A stretch of 64,000 bases of DNA from the NCBI GenBank assembly GCA_017527365.1, contig JAFXQD010000090.1:1568-65567 (forward strand). The letters run 5' to 3'. Position 1 is the first letter of the stretch. Each line of letters starts with the position of its first letter. A model generated the notes under the pieces. It searched no databases. It was not told the DNA's origin and saw only the letters and a list, made by a program, of their open reading frames with translations. This DNA is from Oscillibacter sp. (GTDB lineage Bacteria; Bacillota; Clostridia; Oscillospirales; Oscillospiraceae). Position numbers and translations under genes: made by a program. This document shows positions 1 through 7,567 of this stretch, in pieces.

Positions 1-281
1 ACCGTCAAAACGCGGGCTTCACCGACGAGGAGCGCGGCAAAATGACGGCGTTGCTTTCAAGCGGCTTCACGGATACTTTCCGCGCCCTGCACCCGGATTT
101 GCCGGGGGCGTACACGTGGTGGAGCTACCAGCACAACGCCCGCAACCGCAACATCGGATGGCGCATTGACTATTTCATCGTGTCCGACAGGCTCCGCCCG
201 CGCATCCGCGCCGCCGACATTTGGAGCGAGGTTCGCGGGAGCGACCATTGCCCCGTCATGCTGGAATTGGAGGATTTTTGA
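1..281 (+). CDS. xth: exodeoxyribonuclease III, C-terminal part (5' end lies outside the window)
   Basis: The reading frame is open to the window start (..[16 protein letters not shown]..). The [20 protein letters not shown] and GSDHCPV motifs are typical of the ExoIII/Xth C-terminus. Confidence 0.8.
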   Translation, partial: RQNAGFTDEERGKMTALLSSGFTDTFRALHPDLPGAYTWWSYQHNARNRNIGWRIDYFIVSDRLRPRIRAADIWSEVRGSDHCPVMLELEDF

Positions 282-284
282 CCT

Positions 285-1037
285 ATGAGGCAGTTTGAAC
301 AGCACTTGTATGAAGTCGGCTACTCCCGGCAAACGGAATTGAGCTTCCCGGACTGCGACCGCAACAAACAGGCAAGAATCGGCGCGTTGCTGAGTATTCT
401 TTCCGTCTGGGGCGGGTACGACTACGACGCAAGGGGCTTGACGCATGAAAAATTAACGGAACTGCGCCAAGTGTTCCTGCTTTCCCGCGCCGTCATGAAA
501 ATCCACAGGCGCCCGGTCAATCAGGAAGTCCTTACCGTTGACACGTGGGAGGACGGCGTTCGCGGGCCGTACTTCCGCCGCGTCTACCGCATGGCCGACG
601 ACGCCGGGCGTCTCTGCGTGAGCGCGAAGTGCGACTGGCTTCTGGTTGACCCCGTAAGCCGCAAGATTGAGCGCCCCGCCGCGTTTACGGCGCGGGCTGT
701 CCCGCAATCGAGCGGGCAGGAAATCGACTGTCCGGAACCGAAGAAAATCCGAATGCCGCCGGACGGCTTGGAGGCGCTCGGAGAGCGCGTCGTGCGCTGG
801 TCGGACTTGGACGGCAACGGGCATTTGTTCAGCGGCAACTACGGCGACATTGTCTGGGACTTCCTGCCCCCGGACTTGCAGTCGCGCCCCGCGGACACGT
901 TCGCAATCAACTACAGCCGGGAGGCGGCGCTCGGCGACCGCCTGACTTTGGCGGGCGCCCGCGCCGGGAACGCCTACCGCATGGAAGGGCGGGGTTCCGC
1001 CGAACTCTGCTTTGCCGCCGAATGCGTCTTTCTTTAA
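285..1037 (+). CDS. acyl-ACP thioesterase family protein
   Basis: 250-aa ORF starting 4 nt after the xth stop. WSDLDGNGHLFSGNY resembles the D.N.HVNN motif of two-hot-dog acyl-ACP thioesterases. Length fits the family. Confidence 0.6.
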   Translation: MRQFEQHLYEVGYSRQTELSFPDCDRNKQARIGALLSILSVWGGYDYDARGLTHEKLTELRQVFLLSRAVMKIHRRPVNQEVLTVDTWEDGVRGPYFRRVYRMADDAGRLCVSAKCDWLLVDPVSRKIERPAAFTARAVPQSSGQEIDCPEPKKIRMPPDGLEALGERVVRWSDLDGNGHLFSGNYGDIVWDFLPPDLQSRPADTFAINYSREAALGDRLTLAGARAGNAYRMEGRGSAELCFAAECVFL

Positions 1038-1083
1038 GGGCGGACGGACGCGCCGCCAATCCGATTGACATGGAGGCCGTTTT

Positions 1084-1761
1084 ATGCAACATTCGTACTC
1101 CCCCCTTTCGGAACAGGCTTCCGAAAAAATCATGGACATGATTTTTATCACGCACCGCTTCCGCCCCGGCGACAAGCTCCCGAACGAAATGGAGCTTTCC
1201 GAAGAGCTGGGAATCAGCCGGATTACGCTCCGGGAAGCGATTCGGATACTCTGCACCCGCGGGTTGGTGGAGATACGGCGCGGGCGCGGCACTTACGTCA
1301 TCTCCAACGACCCCGCCCTCCGCGTCGATTCCTACGGCGGAAGCAACCTTACCGACGCCTCCGACCGCAACCTCATGGAGTACCGTCTGGCGCTGGAGCC
1401 CGCCGCCGCCTACTACGCCGCCAAACGCGCCGACGAAAACGACCTCCGGCGCATGGAAGCCCTGTTGGAACAGATGGACAAGCTCTCGGCGCAAAGCCTC
1501 TCCGTGATAGAGGCCGAACGCGATTTTCATGCCGCTATCGCCGCCGCCGGGCACAATCCCCTCTTTGAACAGCTTGCGCCCGTCCTGCGCCATTCCATAC
1601 AGGAAAACAACAGCGCCTCAAGCGGGCGGATGGGCGTCTTTCTCCGCGACTACCGCGAAATCGTCCGCCACATCCGCAACCGCAACGCGGAAGCCGCCCG
1701 CGCCGCCATGTTCAGCCTCATCCTGCTGGCCTACCGCCTTTCCGGTTTGGAGATTGAATAG
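1084..1761 (+). CDS. GntR family transcriptional regulator (FadR/FCD type)
   Basis: N-terminal winged HTH (KLPNEMELSEELGISRITLREAIRILCTRGLVEIRRGRGTYV) followed by a helical FCD-like C-terminal domain. Confidence 0.8.
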   Translation: MQHSYSPLSEQASEKIMDMIFITHRFRPGDKLPNEMELSEELGISRITLREAIRILCTRGLVEIRRGRGTYVISNDPALRVDSYGGSNLTDASDRNLMEYRLALEPAAAYYAAKRADENDLRRMEALLEQMDKLSAQSLSVIEAERDFHAAIAAAGHNPLFEQLAPVLRHSIQENNSASSGRMGVFLRDYREIVRHIRNRNAEAARAAMFSLILLAYRLSGLEIE

Positions 1762-1763
1762 CG

Positions 1764-2240
1764 CTACGGTCCGCCGTCCGCCCATTGCTGGCGCTCCGGC
1801 GGGATGTTCAGCGCCTCCCGCAGCCATTCCGACAGCGCCGCGTTTCGCGGGGCGTCCAGCCTGACGCCCCACGGAAGCGGCGTCCCGTTTTCCGTGCGCG
1901 CCGTCACGACGGCGGATACCGTCAGGCCGAGTTCCTCCGCTTTGGCGCGAACCAGTTCCGCGCTCCGCGCCTCCACCTCCGCCCGGAACGCCTCCTCCCG
2001 CCTCCCGCCCAATTCCTCCGTGCGCTCCGCGATTGCGCTTTCATAGCGTTCCCAATCCCATTCGGGCCATTGCGGCTCCAGCCGCGCCAGCGGGCGCAGT
2101 ATCGCCGCCGTCAGGACGAGGCTTCCCGTAAACGCCCCGACTTTCCGGAGATTCCCTTCCGGCAAGAGGAGCCGCAAAAGCGAAATCAGGAACGAGAGCA
2201 TGACCACGGACAAGAGCCACTCCTTAACGGCGCGTATCAT
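1764..2240 (-). CDS. spoIIIAF: stage III sporulation protein AF
   Basis: 158 aa with two N-terminal TM helices and a soluble C-terminal domain. Its start overlaps the spoIIIAE stop (ATGA). Its position after AC-AD-AE matches the spoIIIA operon order. Confidence 0.7.
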   Translation of the reverse strand: MIRAVKEWLLSVVMLSFLISLLRLLLPEGNLRKVGAFTGSLVLTAAILRPLARLEPQWPEWDWERYESAIAERTEELGGRREEAFRAEVEARSAELVRAKAEELGLTVSAVVTARTENGTPLPWGVRLDAPRNAALSEWLREALNIPPERQQWADGGP

Positions 2241-3319
2241 GGCGCCGCCGCCGTCAGGAAGCTCAACAGCGACACGAAGAGCAGTAAGGCGGCGCTGCCC
2301 GTCATGCCCAGAACCAAGCCGAACGCCCCGCCGAGGCCGTCTATCAGGCGGCGGAGCTCCGGCATTCCCGCGACGGACGCCAAAACCGCGACCGCCTTAT
2401 AAAGCAGGTACTGCGCCCCCAGCTCCAAGAACGGGTACGCGCAGGCGGCGACAACCGCCAGCATTCCGAACACGCCGAGGCTGTTCTTCAACATCCCCGC
2501 GCCCGCAAGCACGGATTCCGACACTTGCGCCAGAATCCCGCCCACGACGGGCACCGTATTCGTAACGGCGGTTCGCACGGCGCGGACGGCCATTCCGTCG
2601 GCGGCGCCGGCGAGTATCCGGCACACGGACAAGTAGACCGTAAAGAGCAGAACCGCGTTTGTCAAGAGAGCCGCAATGAATTTTTTAAGGCCGTCGGCGA
2701 GGGCTTCCAGAAAGTTCCCCGACAACGCGCAGGAAGCGGTTAGAAGCCCGATATACAGGTACGTTAAGGGCATGAGAAAGCCGTCCATGAGGGAAAGCAG
2801 GGTTTCGACAAGGAAAAAGGTCGTGACCTGCTGGAACGTGGCGGTGTTGACGGAGCCCGTCGCCGCGACCGCCGCCGCCATCGCGGGCAGGATTGCCTTG
2901 GAAAACTCGTCCAGCTCCCCGATTGTTTTCCAGCCCAAGCCAATCAACTGCTCAAGGCTCCCGGCGGTCAGCGCCGTGACCGACAGCGCCCCCGCCATCG
3001 ACAGGCAAAGGCTTGTCTGTTCGGCGTCGCCGCACCCGCTCCGGACGGCTCCGCAGAGTATCGCGGACAACAGCACCGCCGCCGCGCCTTTCGTCCGGCG
3101 CCGCACGACGCCCCCGACTTTCGCCCGGACGCCCTCCAGAATCCGCGCCACGCCCCCCGCAAAGCCGCTCGCGCCGTACTCCGCGCCGTCGAGGTACTCC
3201 CCGGCGGCCTCCGGAAGCGCGTCCGACAGCTCCCGCGCCGCCGCGCCCGGCTCCCACGCCGCGCCCGCCGCGCCCGTCAGGCACAGCGCCGCCGCCAAAA
3301 CGCAGATAATCCGCCCCAT
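2237..3319 (-). CDS. spoIIIAE: stage III sporulation protein AE
   Basis: 360 aa with a signal-peptide-like N-terminus (MGRIICVLAAALCLTGAAGA) followed by a polytopic membrane domain. Operon context is with spoIIIAC/AD. Confidence 0.75.
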   Translation of the reverse strand: MGRIICVLAAALCLTGAAGAAWEPGAAARELSDALPEAAGEYLDGAEYGASGFAGGVARILEGVRAKVGGVVRRRTKGAAAVLLSAILCGAVRSGCGDAEQTSLCLSMAGALSVTALTAGSLEQLIGLGWKTIGELDEFSKAILPAMAAAVAATGSVNTATFQQVTTFFLVETLLSLMDGFLMPLTYLYIGLLTASCALSGNFLEALADGLKKFIAALLTNAVLLFTVYLSVCRILAGAADGMAVRAVRTAVTNTVPVVGGILAQVSESVLAGAGMLKNSLGVFGMLAVVAACAYPFLELGAQYLLYKAVAVLASVAGMPELRRLIDGLGGAFGLVLGMTGSAALLLFVSLLSFLTAAAP

Positions 3320-3360
3320 ACGCCCCCCTTAACCATACGCCGCAAACTCTTGAACGCGCC

Positions 3361-3750
3361 TTACGCCATCAGCTTTAAGAGCATATCCATGACTTCCCGC
3401 AACAGCGGCAGGGCGGTCAGCAACGCGCAGAGCGTCCCGGCGCCCTCCACGACGCCCGCCAGCGCCGTTTCCCCCGCGTCGCGGCACAACGCGCCGCCCG
3501 TCCGCACAACCAGCGCGATTCCCGCAGTCTTGTACAGCGGCGCCAAGAGCGCGGGCGACAGCCCGCTTTTGTCGCCGAGTTCCCGGAAGAAGTCGAACAG
3601 CTCTGCGGCGGGACGCGCCAGAAACAGCAGAACCGTGACCGCGACGCCCAGCGTTAAAAGCAGTCCCATGACCTGACTGCCCTGCCGGACGACCAGAGCC
3701 AGCGCCGCGCCCGTCACGCACAACAGCGCCGCCCGCGTTACAAGCTCCAT
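3361..3750 (-). CDS. spoIIIAD: stage III sporulation protein AD
   Basis: 129-aa hydrophobic protein. The ..YKTAGIALVVRTGGALCRDAGETALAGVVEGAG.. region resembles the conserved SpoIIIAD core. Confidence 0.8.
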   Translation of the reverse strand: MELVTRAALLCVTGAALALVVRQGSQVMGLLLTLGVAVTVLLFLARPAAELFDFFRELGDKSGLSPALLAPLYKTAGIALVVRTGGALCRDAGETALAGVVEGAGTLCALLTALPLLREVMDMLLKLMA

Positions 3751-3756
3751 CGCCTT

Positions 3757-3951
3757 TCAGAAGCGGAACAGCGACTTGATTAAATCGAACAAGTCGCTGA
3801 TTCTCTGCACCAGAATCATCAGCACGACCACGAGCCCCGCCAGCGTCGTCATCATGGCTTGCTCCTCCCGTCCGGAGCGGACAAGGAGCTGGTTTAAGAC
3901 CGCCACCAGAATCCCGATTGCCGCGATTTTGAAAATAAAGTCCACGTCCAA
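3757..3951 (-). CDS. spoIIIAC: stage III sporulation protein AC
   Basis: The ORF track gives 3757..4014. The conserved SpoIIIAC sequence starts at (L->M)DVDFIFKIAAIGILVAVLNQLL.., encoded by a TTG at 3951 preceded by a G-rich SD-like run. That gives about 65 aa, the usual size. Confidence 0.75.
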   Translation of the reverse strand: MDVDFIFKIAAIGILVAVLNQLLVRSGREEQAMMTTLAGLVVVLMILVQRISDLFDLIKSLFRF

Positions 3952-4057
3952 GCCGCATCCCCCCCGCTTCCCTTTGCCATATCCTATGAGGACAGGCCGT
4001 CGCTTATGACGCAAAAAAAATGGGATTCCCGAAAGTCCGGGAACCCCGCTTTTTCGA

Positions 4058-4759
4058 TTATCCGTCGTTCTTCGCGGAGAGCGCTTCCAGCGCGGCTTTG
4101 GCGGCGGCCTGTTCCGCCTCCTTCTTGCTCCGCCCCGTGCCCTGTCCGAGGGGCTTCCCGTCCACGAGCGCCTCCATTTTGAACATTTTCGCGTGGTCGG
4201 GGCCCCGCTCGTCCAGCAGGGCGTAAGTCAGAACCCGCTCCGGGTCGCGCTGAATCAGCTCCTGCAACACGGTCTTGTAGTCCTGATTGCGTTGCTCCGG
4301 GCGCGCCTCGCGCACGTTGTTGAGCAGACAGCGGCGAATCAGCGCGGACGCCTCCCCCATGCCGCCGTCAAGGTACACCGCCGCGATGACGGCCTCCACG
4401 GCGTCGGCTAAAATCGACGGGCGGTTCCGTCCGCCGCCGCTGTCCTCGCCGCGCCCCAGACGCAAATGCTTTCCGAGTTCCAGTTCCAGCGCGATTCCGT
4501 GCAAGCTCTTTTCGCACACCAGCGCCGCCCGACTGCGCGTCAGTTCGCCTTCCGGCCAGTCCGGGCGCTCGCGGTAGAGAAACTCCGCCGTGACAAGGCC
4601 GAGAATCGAATCGCCTAAGAACTCCAAGCGCTCGTTGCTCCGCGCATGTTGGGCGCGGCGCTCGTTGGCGTAGGAGCTGTGGCAAAGAGCCTGTTCCAGC
4701 AGGGACGGGTCGCGGAATGTGTAATGCAGTTTCTGTTCCAGTTCGTTGATAGCGGACAT
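4058..4759 (-). CDS. rnc: ribonuclease III
   Basis: Contains the RNase III signature NERLEFLGDSIL and a C-terminal dsRBD (..GQGTGRSKKEAEQAAAKAAL). Confidence 0.95.
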   Translation of the reverse strand: MSAINELEQKLHYTFRDPSLLEQALCHSSYANERRAQHARSNERLEFLGDSILGLVTAEFLYRERPDWPEGELTRSRAALVCEKSLHGIALELELGKHLRLGRGEDSGGGRNRPSILADAVEAVIAAVYLDGGMGEASALIRRCLLNNVREARPEQRNQDYKTVLQELIQRDPERVLTYALLDERGPDHAKMFKMEALVDGKPLGQGTGRSKKEAEQAAAKAALEALSAKNDG

Positions 4760-4812
4760 TTCCTCTGAACCTCCTTCGCGTCCGGGAAAATAGAGTTTGG
4801 CGGCGCGGCGGT

Positions 4813-5058
4813 TTATTTCAGGCGTTTGGCGAGAAGGCGCACGGCGTCGCCCACGGTTTTCAATCCGGCGAGTTCCTCTTCCGGGACTTCCTCAATCTCG
4901 AACCGCTCTTCCATCGCCATCGCCAGCTCCACCAAATCGACGGAATTGGCGCCCAAATCGTCCTCAAACGAGGTTTCCATGGTCACGCTCTCCGGATTCA
5001 TCACGAACTCCTCCGCGACAAGCGCCTGCATAATCTTAAAAATTTCCTCTGCCGACAT
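4813..5058 (-). CDS. acpP: acyl carrier protein
   Basis: 81-aa acidic protein. DLGANSVDLVEL matches the phosphopantetheine attachment motif (D-S-L/V-D). It sits between plsX and rnc, as in Bacillus. Confidence 0.9.
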   Translation of the reverse strand: MSAEEIFKIMQALVAEEFVMNPESVTMETSFEDDLGANSVDLVELAMAMEERFEIEEVPEEELAGLKTVGDAVRLLAKRLK

Positions 5059-5190
5059 GCTAAAATCCGCTCCTTACATTGGGAATATTCCGCCGCAGTC
5101 CGCGCCCGCGTCGGCGCGGCTGTGCCCGCGTCACATCATATGATAGTACGCCGCCGCTGTCAAGGGCTTTCGGCAAAAAATCGGCAATTA

Positions 5191-6213
5191 TTAGGGGCGC
5201 CCGATTTTCATCAGCCCGACGTTCTTTTCCACGTCGGCGATAAATCCGCTTTCGGCGTACTCCTTCGCCCGCAGGATTGCGTTGCAGACGGCGCGGGCGT
5301 TGGAGGAGCCGTGCGCCTTGATGACGGGCTTGGACACCCCTAAAAACGCCGTGCCCCCGATTTCCGACGGGTCAAGGGCTTTCTTCATGCCCGACAAGTC
5401 GCCTTTGAGCATGGCGGCGGCGATTTTCGTCTTGGGGTTCGTGAGGAACAGCTTTTTCAGCGATTTGAGGAAAAACTTCCCCGTGCCCTCCACGGCTATG
5501 AGCATGACGTTTCCGGAAAAGCCGTCGGAGACGACCACGTCCGCGCCGCCAAGCATGGCGTCGCTTGCCTCGATGTTGCCGACAAAGCGGACGCGCCCCG
5601 CCTCCCCGGCTTTCGTCAACAGCGCGTGGGCGTCGCGGCGCAACGGGTCGCCCTTCTCTTCCTCCGCGCCGATGTTGAGCAGTCCGACGCGGGGTTTTTC
5701 AACGCCTAACATGCGCTTGGAGTAGTAACTGCCCAGATAGGCGAACTGTAACAAGTCCTCGGCGTTGCAGACGGCGTTCGCGCCGCAGTCGCACAGAACC
5801 ATGCGCCCGGTCGCCGTGGGGAGCACGGGCCCCATGGCGGCGCGGCGGATTCCGCGAATCCGCTTGACGACCAGCGTCGCGCCCGACAGCAACGCGCCCG
5901 TGGAGCCCGCCGACACGAACGCGTCCCCCGCGCCGTCTTGCAGCAGGTTCAGCCCGATTGTTAGCGACGAGTTCTTTTTCTTCTTAAACGCCGTGGCGGG
6001 GGCGTCGGAGATTTCCACGACCTCCGGCGCGTCGCGGACTTCCACGCCGTCCGGCAACGTCTTTTCGCCGCATTCCTCCACGACGCGCAAAATATCCGCC
6101 GTCCTGCCGACAAGCAGAATCTCCACGCCGTGCGCCTTCCGCGCCTCCAAGGCGCCCCGCACGGTCGCGCCGGGGGCGTTGTCGCCGCCCATCGCGTCAA
6201 CGATAATCTTCAT
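5191..6213 (-). CDS. plsX: phosphate acyltransferase PlsX
   Basis: MKIIVDAMGGDNAP.. is the canonical PlsX N-terminus. The ATG at 6213 has GGAGGG 7 nt upstream. The ORF-track start at 6219 is a TTG too close to that SD. Confidence 0.9.
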   Translation of the reverse strand: MKIIVDAMGGDNAPGATVRGALEARKAHGVEILLVGRTADILRVVEECGEKTLPDGVEVRDAPEVVEISDAPATAFKKKKNSSLTIGLNLLQDGAGDAFVSAGSTGALLSGATLVVKRIRGIRRAAMGPVLPTATGRMVLCDCGANAVCNAEDLLQFAYLGSYYSKRMLGVEKPRVGLLNIGAEEEKGDPLRRDAHALLTKAGEAGRVRFVGNIEASDAMLGGADVVVSDGFSGNVMLIAVEGTGKFFLKSLKKLFLTNPKTKIAAAMLKGDLSGMKKALDPSEIGGTAFLGVSKPVIKAHGSSNARAVCNAILRAKEYAESGFIADVEKNVGLMKIGRP

Positions 6214-6232
6214 ACGCAAACCCTCCGCCTGT

Positions 6233-7567
6233 TTATGATATTCCGGACGCGTTTTCCTCTGCGTCCGTTCTTTTCCGTATGGCGTCGATGATTTCCAAGG
6301 AACGCCGCGAAATCGCCTCGTTCTTGTATTTCTTTCCCCTTACGCGCTTTTCAAGCGGCGGGATAATGCCAAAGTTGATGTTCATGGGCTGGAATACGGT
6401 CACCGACTGGTTGGAGACGTACAGCGCCAACGCGCCGATTGCGGTCTCTTGCGGGAAATCGACCGGGGGCAATCCGGAGAGGCGCCGCGCCGTTTCTATG
6501 CCCACTAACAGACCGCTGGCGGCGGATTCCACATAGCCTTCGACGCCCGTCATCTGTCCGGCGAACGATATGCGCGGCTCGCTCCGCAGACGGTAATACT
6601 TGTCCAACAGGCGCGGGGAATCCAAGAACGTGTTGCGGTGCATGACGCCGTAGCGCAGAAACTCGGCGTCATGGAGCGCGGGAATCATGGAGAACACGCG
6701 CTTCTGTTCGGGAAATTTCAAGTGCGTCTGGAACCCGACAAGGTTGTATATGGTGCCGTCGGCATTGTCGCGGCGCAGTTGTACGACGGCGAACGGCTCC
6801 TTTCCGGTGCGGGGGTCGCGCAGTCCGCGAGGCTTCAAGGGGCCGTAGGCAAGCGTGTCGCGCCCGCGCCGCGCCATCACTTCCACGGGCATACAGCCTT
6901 CAAATACTTTTCCATCCTCAAAGCCGTGCGCGTCCGCCTCCCGCGCCGTCGTCAGGGCGTCGCGGAACGCGCCGTACTCCGCCTCCGTCATGGGGCAGTT
7001 GACGTAATCCGCCCCGCCCTTATCGTAGCGCGAGCCCATCCACGCGAAATTCATGTCCACGCTCTCGGCGGAGACCAGCGGCGCGGAGGCGTCGTAAAAG
7101 GACAGCGGCGCGGCGCCGCCCAACAGCGTTTGCAGGCGTTCCGCGAGCGCGTCGGAAGTCAGGGGTCCCGTCGCTATCACGACTTCGCCGAAGGGGATTT
7201 CCGCGACTTCCCCCGGCGTCGCCGTAATGTTCGGATGTCCCATAATGCGGCGCGTCACGAGTTCGGCGAACCCGCGGCGGTCAACCGCCAACGCGCCGCC
7301 CGCCTCAACCCGCGTCGCGTCGGCGCAGGACAGGATAAGCGAATCAAGGCGGCGCATTTCCTCCTTGAGCAGTCCGACGGCGTTGCTCAACTGGTCGCTT
7401 CGGAGCGAATTGGAACAGCACAGTTCCGCGAAATCGTCGGTGACGTGGGCGGGGGTGCGCTTGACGGGCTTCATCTCGCGCAAATCGACCTTCACGCCGC
7501 GCCGCGCCAACTGCCACGCGCATTCGCTCCCCGCAAGCCCCGCGCCGATGACCGTTACTTGTTTCAT
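6233..7567 (-). CDS. trmFO: methylenetetrahydrofolate--tRNA-(uracil-5-)-methyltransferase TrmFO
   Basis: N-terminal FAD fold VTVIGAGLAGSECAWQLA. Full-length similarity to Gid/TrmFO. Synteny is dprA-topA-trmFO. Confidence 0.9.
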   Translation of the reverse strand: MKQVTVIGAGLAGSECAWQLARRGVKVDLREMKPVKRTPAHVTDDFAELCCSNSLRSDQLSNAVGLLKEEMRRLDSLILSCADATRVEAGGALAVDRRGFAELVTRRIMGHPNITATPGEVAEIPFGEVVIATGPLTSDALAERLQTLLGGAAPLSFYDASAPLVSAESVDMNFAWMGSRYDKGGADYVNCPMTEAEYGAFRDALTTAREADAHGFEDGKVFEGCMPVEVMARRGRDTLAYGPLKPRGLRDPRTGKEPFAVVQLRRDNADGTIYNLVGFQTHLKFPEQKRVFSMIPALHDAEFLRYGVMHRNTFLDSPRLLDKYYRLRSEPRISFAGQMTGVEGYVESAASGLLVGIETARRLSGLPPVDFPQETAIGALALYVSNQSVTVFQPMNINFGIIPPLEKRVRGKKYKNEAISRRSLEIIDAIRKRTDAEENASGIS

